In this document: in pieces, positions 12,959-27,800 of the stretch
Layout: each line of letters begins with the position of its first letter
Numbering within the stretch: position 1 is the stretch's first letter
Assembly (NCBI RefSeq): GCF_964204645.1
Contig: NC_134026.1
Location: 31,768,250-31,832,249, forward strand
Reading direction: 5' to 3'
From: Tubulanus polymorphus
Lineage: Eukaryota > Animalia > Nemertea
DNA: 64,000 bases
Notes under the pieces: model-generated
Databases searched by the model: none
What the model was told of the DNA's origin: nothing
Seen by the model: the letters and a program-made list of their open reading frames with translations, nothing else
Position numbers and translations under genes: made by a program

Positions 12959-14068
12959 TTAGTTTTCGATAATTCTTAGTTCTGTAAAAAAAAACTTGTT
13001 CAATAATTATATATTTGAATTGATTGTAACTAGATCGGTAACGATGTGAAAATGATTGATACAAACGTGAATAAATGCAGTTCACAAAATTCCTCGACAT
13101 CCCCGCCTCTATCAGAACACATTAAACTACATCACTTGTGGTTTATTTAAGGGCCAAAAAGAGTCCCGCACCGCAGCCAAACGCCCCGAACGGCAACAAA
13201 TTCTGGCGTGTCCGTCCGTTGTTCGATTCAACCAAACGAAGACCAACTACGGAGATATATCACTCAGAATGGCTTCAAACTCACAATTTTATTCTGTGAT
13301 CCTCACTTTCTATAAAAATTACCACGGTCCAAACTGTTTAAAAGGTCGCAAATAGTAAATTTCCAAATTTGAGTAAAGAAAATTGTATTGAATTGCATTG
13401 AATGTTCCGTTCCGTTCCCGCAACATCAACCCTAAATCCTGACACGAGACGGCGCCGCTGTGGTGATTAGACTGGTTACCCGTCGATTTAAGCGCCGCCT
13501 GCAGTCACAGTCCGGCAACCAGTCCAGCTGATCCCGAATTCGAATGCCGCTAGGATATTGCCTCCGCCAAAGCTTACACGCGGCCAACAACACAAACCTG
13601 GGCTGCAGATTGTCCTCAGAATAAGGAAGGACTGAGAATAAGATTTCATTTTTTCAACGAGAAACGAATTCTAAAGTTTTATTTCTATCAATTTACATGA
13701 TGAGTGGATAAGAAACCCCGTGACTAGGTACTGGGATAACAGTAATATTCGCGTGATAATTAGGGCGCGATCGATCCCGGGTCGCAGCGGGCACGGCCCA
13801 GCCCTCCCTGGATGGGTAGCCGACTCTCATCCGGGCGTCGTTTTTCTATTTTGATGGCATAAGTTTGGAAGACCTGCTCAAACTTTAAACTGCGCTATTT
13901 ATTTAGTTATTCCCGCTAAACCACCACCCAGGTGATTCTACTATGGGACGTCTCCGACGAGCCCCACCCCTGGGGTCATTGAACTGTAATTGTGGGCGCC
14001 TCCAAAGGACTAAATCACCGGGTTCTAGGATGCCGCCGGCTCACTGAACTCAGGGCGCCTCCGATGAG

Positions 14069-17000
14069 CTAAGTTAAAGATAAATGCGACTGTAACCATT
14101 CTTTGGTTTCTAATGACAACTCGACCTGTTTATGAGTACCCTTACATAACCGTCTTAAATGTATGAGCCAATCAGGAATCAGTATAGCCATTCCGGCGAT
14201 CGCGAACCCCCCTCCGAAATAGAACGATACAGAATAATCCCGTGTGACGTCATACAACCAACCTACAAATATAAGATACATCGAAAAAACGCTATTAGTG
14301 AGATAGAGATTCATCGATCTGTCACCGCAGAAAAATAGCTTTATTTATTAAATCAATATGGCAACCAGGCAGTCATATATACTAACCGGCTATTGGGGCT
14401 CCGATCGTGTATCCAATACCTCCAGTAAACTGCGAATAACTGAACGCCATCTGAATAAACTCTTCACCTAATAATTCTACAAATACAACTTGTAACAAAC
14501 ATCCGTATCCCGAGAGAGTGAATCCTAGAGCCGAACAGAGAATGATCGCTTGTATGAATCCGGAACAAACAGGAGCGATAGCAATTATACCCGTTAATAA
14601 TCCACATACAACATAAATACTATAAGTATCAATCGACGGCTGATGAACCAAAATTGAGATCAAAATTCGACTGATTAAATTACAAATACCTAAAGCTGTT
14701 ATAGTGAATCTGGATTGTTGAACGGTGAGATTCATTACAGCTCGAAATCCGGCAACGATGTGAATATAAGTGACTGATACAGCCATATAAAACAGTAGAG
14801 TATGAATTAACATCATTACAAAAAATCGGTTCCGAAATAATTCCGTTTGTACAACATTTCCTAATGTTTTATCACCACAGTTACGCGGTATCATCGAGTT
14901 TATCCGTTCCTTCCGCAGCTCCCCCTGTCGCAAAGATTGCGCACTAGAAATCAATTCCGTTTCATTAATCTCAGTAGAATTGGTCGGTTCGTTTAGAAGT
15001 TTCTTCTCGCCGCGACTCGAACTGCCCCAAGTTTTATAGACGAGTGAAATTGGAACTACGTTTAAAGATAAACCTCCTAAAATGAGGACACATCCGCGCC
15101 ATCCGAACGAGTTTAATAGTGAGTTCATGATAACCGGGTAGATGAACGTACCGATACTGGTTCCTGCTGTTACTATACCGTTAGCTATAGCGCGTCTGCT
15201 CTTAAACCGAGTCACTATATACGACAATACAGGAGTCACGTGTACAGCCATACACGCGCCTGAAAATATGTAGAACATTTCATTTAAACGAATGCCCCCT
15301 AGCGGAGTTATTGTAACGAACGACCCCTAGTGATTTCATTAAAACGAGCGCCCGCCAGTAGAATTCATTGAAATGAGCGCCCCCTAACGGAGTTCATTGA
15401 AGAGAGCGCCCCCAAGTGGAATATATTAAAACGGACGCCCCCAAGTGGAATTAGTTGTTAAGAGTTATCCCTAGTGGAGTTAGTAGTTAAGTTGTATTAG
15501 GAGCGCCCCCTAGTGAAATGAATAGATAATTACCGGCTAGAACCCAGAAGACCAGGATGACGTAGATGTTGGGAGCCAATGAAGATGCAGCGATAGACAA
15601 ACCACAGGTTAAACTCGATATAACAGCGACAAGTCGGAGACCAAACCTCCTCACCAGCATACTGGCTACAGGAGCTGTAAAAACACATCAATCACCAATC
15701 AGAGACCTGTAGTACCCCCGAACATCCACGTGTAGTACCCCCGAACATCCACGTGTAGTACCCCCGAACATCCACGTGTAGTACCCCCGAACATCCACGT
15801 GTAGTACCCCCGAACATCCACGTGTAATACCCCCGAACATCCACGTGTAGTACCCCCGAACATCCACGTGTAGTACCCCCGAACATCCACGTGTAGTACC
15901 CCCGAACATCCACGTGTAGTACCCCCGAACATCCACGTGTAGTACCCCCGAACATCCACGTGTAGTACCCCCGAACATCCACGTGTAGTACCCCCGAACA
16001 TCCACGTGTAGTACCCCCGAACATCCACGTGTAGTACCCCCGAACATCCACGTGTAGTACCCCCGAACTTCCACGTGTAGTACCCCCGAACATCCACGTG
16101 TAGTACCCCCGAACATCCACGTGTAGGACCCCCGAACATCCACGTGTAGTACCCCCGAACATCCACGTGTAGTACCCCCCGAACATCCACGTGTAGTACC
16201 CCCCGAACATCCACGTGTAGTACCCCCGAACATCCACGTGTAGTACCCCCGAACATCCACGTGTAGTACCCCCGAACACCCACGTGTAGTACCCCCGAAC
16301 ATCCACGTGTAGTACCCCCCGAACATCCACGTGTAGTACCCCCGAACACCCACGTGTAGTACCCCCGAACATCCACGTGTAGTACCCCCGAACACCCACG
16401 TGTAGGACCCCCGAACATCCACGTGTAGGACCCCTATCACTTGTCCTGAAAACAGTGACTCACTGAAATCCTTATAACCTATTTCAACACATATATATGT
16501 ATATACTAAAAGGCAAATATAAATCCTTATTGATTGTGTAAGCCATATTACTTTTTAGCGGTACTCATGTACAGTCAAACAAACCCTCTATCAGCCAGAC
16601 GGAAAAAATGGTTTTATTTTATTGTATTATCTTGTTTCTATAGGTCCATTACATGCAATATAAATATGTATTTGCAATAGACTGAACCTATTCAATTCCT
16701 TTCCCTATTTTATATTTACAAAAGACAATAAAACCTACAAACACTACCACGGGTAGTCCGCGCTTTTATTTCTATAGCTTTTATTTGATTGTTTTGTTCA
16801 CCCCCTCGCCCCCCTCGCCCCCCCTTGCCCCCCTCCTCCCACCGGGTGTCAAGCTATGTTAGATAACATCCACTTAGTTTACGTATATATGTTGTAAACA
16901 TAAAAGTGAATGTTTTAATTATTCCTGTCTTGGAAATATCAAACGAGAAATTGATGAAACCCCCTCCTCCCCCTTCCCACCTCCCCTTCCCACCTCATTC

Positions 17001-17325
17001 GATATACCCACATCCAAACGAGACATTATTGCCATTATTGCTTATCTTGAATACCGTTAAGATGACGTTACCATGGCAACTGAACTGGTAAATGAAAGGG
17101 ATGTGGTGAGAGTATTGACTTACAGAAACATAAAGCGACCCCAACAACAGCGGTACCAATCCAAGACGTTAAACCTCCGCCTTTACCGAAATAATCCATC
17201 CATTCAGCGATCAGAATTCCGCTATTATAACATAATCCGTATAGAAATAACATATCTAAACCAGCGGCCAGTATCAGTGCTACAGATTCGAGTGGACCCG
17301 GTTCCACAGTGGACGACTCATCCAT
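14069..17325 (-). CDS. Monocarboxylate transporter (SLC16/MCT family, MFS), 4 coding exons
   Basis: Exons ~17325-17124, 15674-15534 (SPVASMLVRRFGLRLVA), ~15259-14387 (FKSRRAIANGIVTAGTSIG..FGWRGCVLILGGLSLN..IGAPIAG) and ~14261-14069 (WLYDVTRDYSVSFYFGG); typical SLC16 motifs and many transmembrane segments. Confidence 0.9.
15709..16433. repeat. 21-bp minisatellite (GTAGTACCCCCGAACATCCACGT-type unit) in MCT intron 1, each unit carrying CACGTG
   Basis: About 34 near-identical units. Confidence 0.93.
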
Positions 17326-18870
17326 TGTCTGTCTGTCTGTCTGTCTGTCCGTCCGTCCGTCCGTCTGTCTGTCTGTGTGCGCTGTCAGTGGCTGTCTAAC
17401 TGACTGGTGCGTGCGTGTGTGGTACGTAGTGCGTTGTGCGTGGTGCGTGGTGCACGGTGCCGTACCATCAATTCTATATCTCTCTCTCTCAAAAAATCGA
17501 TTTCCTCTGCTCTCTTCTATTCAATTAGCTCTTTCCGTCTCTCCCTCTCTCTCCCTCTCTCCCTCTCTCTCTCCCTCTCCCTCTCTCTCCCTCTCTCCCT
17601 CTTCTCTCTCCCTCTCTCTCCCTCTCTCCCTCTCTCTCCCTCTCTCCCTCTCTCCCTCTCTCTCTGTGATATTTGAATACCTGGACCCCGCCGCGTAGCA
17701 GTTGCTCACAAGTTGGTTACAGTTGAACCAGTTGTACAGTTACAATACACGATGTCAACTATTCAACCACTGGTCAACTATTCAAACCACTGGTCAACTA
17801 TTCAACCACTGGTCAACTATTCAAACCACTGTTCACTGGTCAAGTTGACAACTCTTCCCGACTTTAGAGCAACTGCAGCCCCTGAACCGTTCACTAGCGG
17901 AACATCGTTACGAATCTTTCGGGCTAAAGTGATTAACGGGTCTCGTATAATTGAAATGTTGATTGATATCGAGATTCGATATGTGGTACTGGTTTCCCAC
18001 TTGGTAGTGCCGTCTTTGGAATGTTTTACCATCAAAACTGAACATAACAAAATATTACTAACTTAGCACCGCGGCGAGGGGTTCAGTAGACACTGTCTGT
18101 GGGGGGGCGTAGTTAGGGGGGTATATCAGTAGACACTGTCTGTGGGGGGGGGGGGCCTATATCAGTAGTTGCGCGGAAACCGATGCAAACAAATCCACTC
18201 AGACAGAAATTAAAACAACACAAATTGAGCTGGTGACGTCACATGATGCTGTATTGATTTGAAGCATTATAAAATATTTCTCTTTTTTAAATAGCACAAT
18301 CTAGTAATAGATAATAGAGAGTAATAGGAATGTAATTAAACAATTAGCAGTTATATACCATGGTTTAAAATCACCATTCATAGCGTTATCTAATCCTGAA
18401 CCATGGTTCTAGTACCGCATACAGTAGATTAAACCATGGTTGTGCACAAGGAACGACTAACCAGCAGTCGTAAGACTCAGCAATTTAGTTTTTAACCATA
18501 ATTCTTACATTTATCACTTATTTTGTTACAAACGTTTAATAAAATAAAAACAACAATAAAAACAACAACGATAATAATAATAATTATATTTAATAGTGTT
18601 TATAATGATAATTATAATTATAATTAATAAAGTAACAATGATAATAATAATGATGTTAATATTACAACATTTTTTACAACAATTGATCATATGGAAGGTA
18701 TATATATCACATTATTATAATTATCACTTGACAATATCGATTTCATAACGGATTAAAACATTGATTATTTCAGCTATTTGTTTGTAATCACTACATAAAT
18801 ATAATAAATTGATTATAGGAGGCAGCACTATCGGTTTAAAACCCGTGTAAATTCTACAGCAGTTTTTACA

Positions 18871-21800
18871 CTAAATACGTAGTTTGTGCTTAAGTCGTTT
18901 TAATCGTCCGGGTTTGGGCGAGTCAGCGCCCTCTGGTGTGTCCGCTGAGAACAATATCTGATCGTCACTATCAGTAGTAGCTGCGGTAAGTGAGCTCGTG
19001 GGACTGATATCAAAAGATTGATATTTTACTGCCGTTGTTTGCAATTCTAGAAATATATAATAACAATTTCCTTCTCAGTAAAAATTCAGCTTATTAATTT
19101 CCAGATAAGGGTATTGTTTATGAGTTATTCCCATATAAGGGTATTGTTTATGAGTTATTCCCATATAAGGCTATTGTCTGAGTTATTCCCATATAAGGGT
19201 ATTGTCTATGAGTTATTCCCATATAAGGGTATTGTTTATGAGTTATTCCCATATAAGGCTATTGTCTGAGTTATTCCCATATAAGGCTATTGTCTATGAG
19301 TTATTCCCATATAAGGGTATTGTCTATGAGTTATTCCCATATAAGGGTATTGTCTATGAGTTATTCCCATATAAGGGTATTGTCTATGAGTTATTCCCAT
19401 ATAAGGCTATTGTCTATGAGTTATTCCCATATAAGGGTATTGTCTATGAGTTATTCCCATATAAGGGTATTGTCTATGAGTTATTCCCATATAAGGGTAT
19501 TGTCTATGAGTTATTCCCATATAAGGGTATTGTTTATGAGTTATTCCCATATAAGGGTATTGTCTATGAGTTATTCCCATATAAGGGTAATGTTTATGAG
19601 TTATTCCCATATAAGGGTATTGTCTATGAGTTATCCTCATATAAGGCTATTGTCTATGAGTTATTCCCATATAAGGGTATTGTCTATGAGTTATTCCCAT
19701 ATAAGGGTATTGTCTATGAGTTATTCCCAGATAAGGGTATTGTCTATGAGTTATTCCCATATAAGGGTATTGTCTATGAGTTATTCCCATATAAGGGTAT
19801 TGTCTATGAGTTATTCCCATATAAGGGTATTGTTTATGAGTTATTCCCATATAAGGGTATTGTCTATGAGTTATTCCCATATAAGGGTATTGTTTATGAG
19901 TTATTCCCATATAAGGGTATTGTCTATGAGTTATTCCCATATAAGGGTATTGTTTATGAGTTATTCCCATATAAGGGTATTGTCTATGAGTTATTCCCAT
20001 ATAAGGCTATTGTCTATGAGTTATTCCCATATAAGGGTATTGTCTATGAGTTATTCCCATATAAGGGTATTGTTTATGAGTTATTCCCATATAAGGGTAT
20101 TGTCTATGAGTTATTCCCATATAAGGGTATTGTCTATGAGTTATTTCCATATAAGGGTATCGTCTGCTATACCTGTTTTTTCTTCATCCTCGCTCAATGA
20201 TTTCGTTTTTCCTACTAATGATTTCACACGAATTACTTTCTCCAGTTTTTCTCGGAATGAATGGTCACTAGCCCCAGCACCAGCCCCAGCACCAGCACCA
20301 GCACCAGCACCACCAGTACCTGCAGCAGTACCACCAGCAGTAGCTGACGATTTCTGAGATCCAGGTCGAGTTTTTCTCCGCTGAAATACGAGAAATTCGT
20401 GAGATTATATTGTACTGTTTGTGGCAAGTGAGGAAACGCTAGGTGCGCTAGTAGTCACACGCTATATGTTATATATCTAAATACACCTTAAATAAGCGAT
20501 ATTTCGGTTTCAAGTTTTAACTGATGTAAGAGGACGCCACCTAGTGACAGAGGGAGTAATTACGCCACCTGGTGGCTGGTTGTATGTAATAAATACCAGT
20601 AATGAAGGTGATCGCTCTAATAGTATAAATTTGCCAGTAGTTTTCCAGTTACATTGAGCCTGATAAACATTCTCATCTTCTGCAAGAATTCGACGTTCAG
20701 TTTTACCGGAATTCCGTCTTTTTGACGTACCACCCGGACTTTCTACATACGAGGTAGAAACTAGTTCCTCGACTAATGTATACTTGCGCGGGTCGTTTGG
20801 TCGCCTCGCTTTCAACATCGCCTTCAATCAATAAAACAAAACACGTGATCAAACAATTGTTGTGATGAACCACGGGGTCTGTTGATACATTCACCTCTCT
20901 AGGTCACCGGGGACTAGCAGCAGGTGAAGGGGTGGAGGGGGAGGGGAGTCGGGAGGGAGGGGGGGTGTTACCTGTGTGATGATATCCTCAGCCGTACTAG
21001 ACGCAGGTGCTTTAAATATAGTATACGGTTGATCAGGAGACACGTTATAAACACAAACCAGAAACATCTGATCGCCGTCACCGTCCCAGGCCGTACTATC
21101 CGAACGGATATCTTTATTTCTGATGTGTTCTTGTGTTAGAATCGTCGTCATCCAAGCTCGACTACTCGGATCCTGTAAGTGGCAATAAAACGAGCGTCAA
21201 ATCATTACAAACATGAACAGAATCTCAGGAATCAGTTGCTGAAAAGTTGGTTAAAGATAAGTTCCGCTGGATAAATACCCCGTAACCCTAGTAACAATGA
21301 ACTTTTAATTATCACTATGTCAACTGGTTAACTGTAACCAACTTTTCAGCAACTGCAGCGCCCCCTGGAGTTTCACTGTATAACACGTGCTTACATCAGC
21401 TTTCTGTTTCATTATAAATCTACCGCTTCCCTGCCATTTATCCTGAGCCTGTAAAACTTTCTCCGATGGAGCTAAAAGCCTCTGAGTCGTTTTATCGAGA
21501 TCTTTCTTTTCCCAACCTCCGTGAACCTCTTCCACGAACACATAATCATCAGGTTTATCTTCGGTTCTTCCAACTTTATTCAACGTCTAAAATAATAAAA
21601 AAAGGTTCATTGCGACCTCCTATCAAGAAGTAGAGAGGTGAAAAAAGGAGGGATATTTGAATGACCTGTTGTATGGCCTCCATCACAGTCGTATCCTGGG
21701 TTACTTTCAATATGGCCGATTCTTCGTAACCGTGAGTTCCATAAATTCCGTGAAAAACTGTGATAAAAAACGTTCGTCGCTTCGGTTTCATCGTTAAAAA

Positions 21801-24800
21801 TGGCGTCATCTAAAATAACAATCCGCAAGAATTACAAAAGTTCAAGGAGTCGCCACACGTGACTGGTCACCACACTGACCAGACAAATTTCCAAACGACA
21901 ACATTCGCTCCTGGTCTATGGTCTAGTGGTTAGTATGCCTGGCTGGCAAGCTTGAGGTCGCTGGTTCGAGTCCAGTTATGGTCAATCTAGGGTTAGGGTT
22001 ATGGGGCACCTAGGGTTAGGGTTACGGGCATCTAGGGTTAGGGTTATGGGGCACCTAGGATGAACAGTAGCCCAGCTATACGCTGCTGTTTTGGTGGAAT
22101 TTCTGGCCCGGAGACCCCTCTACAAACAATTATTTTTTGAAATACGTAAGGGGCCGGGAGAGCTGTGGTTAGGGATGAATTTATTTACTCGATTCTCCCG
22201 ACTGCAGGTGTCTGTAATCAGGCAGGTGCCCGCTGGAAGCATTGATAATCATCATTTTGAAATTTAGAAATACGAGAGAAATTCTAGACTTTATTAAAAC
22301 CAGTTTTCAGTTTATTCAATCTCAATAATAGTGACGCTAATTTTGGGAAGTTGTCCGTGGACTGGACCCGTCCGTGTTTTAGTTAGTTAGTTACCTCTTT
22401 CCCTTCTAATTTACTGAGATCGTATTTAATTTTCGCGAGTATCGACTTCCGTTTAGGATCGTCATCCGGGGATGTTGTATGTACGATCTCTTCCTCCCAG
22501 TGAGTGTACACAAACAGTGTCGACACTTCTAACGGGTTATTACTGATCGATCGTAACCTCACGTGACGGTAACCTAGCAACGACAACAACAACAATCGAA
22601 ACAGTTACAATACGGCGTCGTCTTCAACCAATCGAAAAGTCGTTTTTTTTAATTTTGAATTTACCCGGTCTCAAACAACGTAACGGTATCGTACGCTGCC
22701 CGGTCACGTGATTACTGCCGACGTCAAATACGGTCAGACGTAAAAACGCTAATTCTTGAAATAAAACCTACAACAGTAGAATTCGTTAGCGTATGAATAT
22801 GAGTAGTGAGTCAGGGCTAGCGGAGGGATATGTATTTACCTGGAATGTGAATGTATCTCTCCAGATAGGATTCACCGCATTTCTAGATATTACTTTAGTT
22901 TTGTGTTTGGCGCAATCTACAGGTATCCCAGTAACCTCTAGTTCTACTACTGGACTTCCGGTATGGTTACCCTGACACACGTACTGTCCTGATATCACTT
23001 GTATGGTCAAGGTCACCGCGTGCAAACCGTCAAACTCTTTCTCCCACGGGTTGAATCGATTATACATCACGTGGTTCCGGTCCCACATGACACGTGGTTT
23101 CAAAACGTATCCGCTACTTGCGTTCTGTTCAAACATGGCCGAGTTGATTTGTATCGCGGCACCTGATGAGAAATATCAAACAAACATCTCAAAAATCTCA
23201 ACCTATTATCAACAAATCTCATCATCAGCACTTTTAATCTCACCTTCAGTTTGATAATTTAAGGCGACCATTTGAATTCCGAAAGCCCAAAATATAACAG
23301 GGTTGAAATTGGACGAGTCTATTCTCATACCAGCAGGGTAGGTACGCATTAGCTGTTTAGCGGTGTGGCTGCAATTAATTAATGGAAATATTCAGAAAAT
23401 CGTTTAATCACTATAATGACGTCATCATTCAATCTTACCCGATGACACCTATCGGCTGTCGTCTGCATAACTGTTTGGCTTTATTCTCATTCAGAGATGA
23501 CACGTGATAACACACGGGTAAGTCGTCTAACCGCGGAGGTGAAGGTCGTTGAATTTGAATTAACTGTAACGGAAGTTCCGTTTTTTCCATTGCTGGAACA
23601 AAATATCCATCAATAAATACATCGCCCGTTAAATAATCAATAATATTAACTATATTTGAATTCGTGATACAGGGGTAGGTGTACACTTACACGGTATATT
23701 GTGGGGTGAACCAGGGGGAGGTGTTTGCAATAAACTCTTTCTAATTGTTCCTTTCTTCTGTTTCATCGTCAATGTCGGATATGACATCACTCCGATCGAT
23801 AAACCTGAAACACACACACATATATATTAGCGGTAGTACTAGAGCGAGTAGATTCGAGCCCGGGGCCACCTGTCTGAGACTGACCTCTGAATTTCACAGC
23901 CTGTGTATAGACGACTAAGTCTGACAACTCTTTCGCAATTTGGCTCGTTTTTTTCTGTTTATTTTTAGGATGCGATTTTTCTTTTCCCAAAAGAAATTCA
24001 TCGAATTGCCAATCAGAATCGAACTGACCCTTCGACGGACGAGCACCTGTACCACCACCACCAGCGCCACCTAATGCGTGAATTTGAAACGAATTGTTAC
24101 GTGATCTACAAATAGAAAATCAAATAATTGAAAATCACGTTTTATCGGTAGGTGGAGCTGCATCTAATAGAGATAGACAGAGACCTCTGTGACGGGAAGT
24201 CTGATGACGTCACTCCTAATGATATAGGTTTACTGCGAGGGGGTGTTTCGTCATGTGACTGCGGAGAACTGCATTCTGATTGGTCGTCATCTTGTTGTCT
24301 TCTCGATGACGTCATCACCGGTAGGTCTTTCACTGTAGAAAATAATCAAATACTCAACAAATAGCAAAATATCATCGAAACATCAATATCGATATATACG
24401 AGATATATCGTTATCGCCGCTCATTACAGGATATATTAATAACAATATCGTTAAAACGAGATATATCAATCTCAATCTGAAATACTATTATTGATATATC
24501 ATACCGTCTGTGACGTCATCTTCATCTTCGTCATCATCTTCATCCTCATCTTCATCGATTAAACTATTCGTTCTCAAATGATTCTGGATTAAAGATAATC
24601 CGGCGGGATTAGCGATGGATTAAACTGGTAGATTAAGAGATAGGATTATGTGTATATTTACCCTGTGTTTGAGAAGAGCTTTAGAAACATCAGTTCGAAC
24701 TTTTTTATTTTTGATAAGTATTTTATATTTCAGTGAGTTCGGTGAAGGAAGTTGAGGCTCGGAATCAAAGTCGGATTCAAACAGGAAATCCGTCACTAAT

Positions 24801-27800
24801 TTATCACCAAACACGCTCTAATTACAGAAATAAAAAAACATGTCAATTAATTCATAAACCGATGATATTTCCGTGGAATTTAAAACCGATTTATAGCGAA
24901 AATAAATTACGGTAAAAATTTGCGCCATTTTCTGTTGTTGTTGAACGGAACAATGATTTTCTAGAGACAGTATAACCGGGAACGGTGACGTCACGAAGGC
25001 ACTTTTATTGATCGCTTCAACGACTGATTTAAATACGACTTTAGTAGTTAATGTATGACCGTGGTAGATTACAGGACTTCCGTCATCACCATCCCAACAA
25101 TCTAACTCTACACACCGGCAACCAGTCAATAATACCTACAAAATAACGACAACCAGTCCGACTTACAATACATTATACACTCTGTGTACACATTACGCAA
25201 ATTCATAGATTCAAAAGCGAATCTAAGATTTAAACATTCCGCAAGTGACGTCATACACCACACATGACGTCACAGCTGGCTACACACGTGACTTACCCGG
25301 CTGTACATTTCTACGGAGGACTCTCCTCTCAACTGATGCGCCGTAAGATACGTGTTATGCGAGGATTCGATGTAATAATGAGATAACGGATGATCCATAT
25401 CCTATTAATATAGAAATACACGAGATTTAAACCCGGGACACCCGTGGCTCTACTGACACAATGACGTCACTAACCTCATCCTCCATTCTCGTCTGTTCAT
25501 TAATAAACGCGTAATTATCTTTATCAATCAGAAAATTCGCAAATCCGTCAAACGATAAACAGTATTTATTCCTCATTACTGGATCCGGTTCATGACGCTA
25601 CAAATCAAATTACAATCTCAAATTCTAATCCAACTCTAAAAATATCATTCATCTTATTAACAGTAATTATGAATAATTAAGGATTCGAACCCAATAACAT
25701 CAGATACCTGTATGAGTCTGTAAATATCGTCTGTTGAATAAATCTCTTGTTGATAATTTTCTAGGAACTGTTTGAATTCTCGAGCAGGTAGATACCTGCT
25801 GTTAACGGTCTCCACTCCAGCGCTGTTTGTAACTATACTCGATGCTGTGATCGCGTCAAATATCTTCAATCGTTCTGTATTATGATCTAATGATGTATTC
25901 CTCGTGATTAAACCTACAATTATTGCTGACTCGTTGAGGGATTGCGCAATCAAAACGGCAGCCATTTTGAATCGTGTGAAATTTGAATAATGCATTATTT
26001 GCTAGGCAACGAACAGTTGGGTCATATTTAATGATAAATCGATAGAAACCGGAAAATCGTCGCCATATTGGAAAACGCGCGGTATATCCGGTTTGCGATA
26101 TGCAATATGGCGGCTAATTGATACGTACCGGAGTCTCTAGGTCGATATTTGTATTTGATTGAACTGTTTGTTGTATATTTTCCGTCCAATTGACTTTTAT
26201 TAACCGCCACCTGATCGAACAACTGCCTCAAATCTTTCCGCAATCGCAGATAAAACGATCGGAACAAATCGACAAAATCCGGAAAATCCAATCGGGAAGA
26301 GTTTATTATCGGTTTCACTGTCACGTGACCGCCGCCTGCGCCGCCGCGGCCGCCGCCGGTCACGTGATCGACACGTGACCGCTGTTGTAACGCGTAGCTG
26401 AAAGCGAGGCTGGTAGGACGCAGTGATGATGATGCTACTGATGCTGGGGTAAGTGATACGGCTGCTGCTGCTGATGCTGATGCGATGTGACTCGGTATGT
26501 TATCATACGATACAGAAACTCGAACTGACTGCGCACCGGAAGTTGTCGATTTCTCGGGCATTGACTTCTGGGAAGATGTTGAATCCTACATAGAAAGAAA
26601 CAGCATTAAAATCAATAACTTATCGGAGTATCTGATAATTGATCGATTTATCGATTTATCGCTTACTCTTTGACTTTTCTTTTTCAATATTTTCGCTGTT
26701 GTATATCCGGCAAAGCTCGGAGTTCTCCGGAAAGTTCCGAGTCGTTCGTGCTCCTGATGACTGGTTCCGTTAGTTAGAGATCGATCTGGCCTGTGACGTC
26801 CACCAAATACCTACAACCAGAATCATACAACTATAGCCCGCTGTAGCATACTGCCCGCACACCTAGCCGTCCACAACCGCACACCTGTAGGTCTACAGCT
26901 CGCACACCTGTAGGTCTACAGCCGCACACCTGTCAGTCTACTGCTCGCACACCTGTCAGTCTACTGCTCGCACACCTGTCAGTCTACTGCTCGCACACCT
27001 GCAGTCACGCACATGTCAGTCTACAGCTGAAGCGTGTGCAGGTTGCAGGTTACAGGTTGCTAACTACATTCTGATGATACCTATAGTTGATATAGATGAA
27101 CTTACTTTGATAGCCTCAGCAGGAGTTGGTCCGACACATCTCTCATTCTCATAATACAATTGTAAATAGACGTTCATTAACCAATAAATGCGTTTATCTG
27201 TGTGTTTCATCTGTTTGTTCATACCATACAATAAACACTTTAACCCTGTGTACCAGATTTTACTGCTATTCGTCGGTAAAACTAAATGTAACAGTTTATT
27301 TTCAGCGATGTTAGCACCATACAATATACTAATACAGTGTATTTTATGCGATAGATTCTCTAGACTGTGTCTACGACTTAAACCGGTTAAATCGATACTT
27401 TCGTTACCGCATATCACATCTTTAATCATACACAGTTCAATAAAACCTTCCTCTAAACCGTCACTGACGAAATCACCGCCGGAATATTTCACAGATAGAC
27501 TACTACTCGTCTGATAATCTACATCTCCTGTCAGGTTGTACGATGGTGGACTCCCGGCTCGTAAGTTACTCCACTGGGGTTTTCCCCACGTTAAAGTCGC
27601 ATTGTTACTTTCTAAACGTAAATAACAGATGGCGCTGCGGTTGTTCTCTTCCTCGAGTCTAATGACAGTCGTCCCGTGATGCATCAATTGTAGAATATGC
27701 AAATTAATATGAGATAGTTTCGGGGAGATTAGAGTGACACGTGGGTCTTTATAAAGCGGTTCTATTGGCTGATATGTATCCAGAGTTAAATCGTAATCAC

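Noticed and set aside
13468-13527. Short inverted repeat TAGACTGGTT..AACCAGTCCA resembling a DNA transposon end
   Set aside because: Too short and imperfect; no TSD or second copy.
15688-20357. Repeat-peptide ORFs (GYYTWMFGG; [10 protein letters not shown]; SMSYSHIRV)
   Set aside because: Intronic minisatellites in MCT and PLCE1 that are open in multiple frames.
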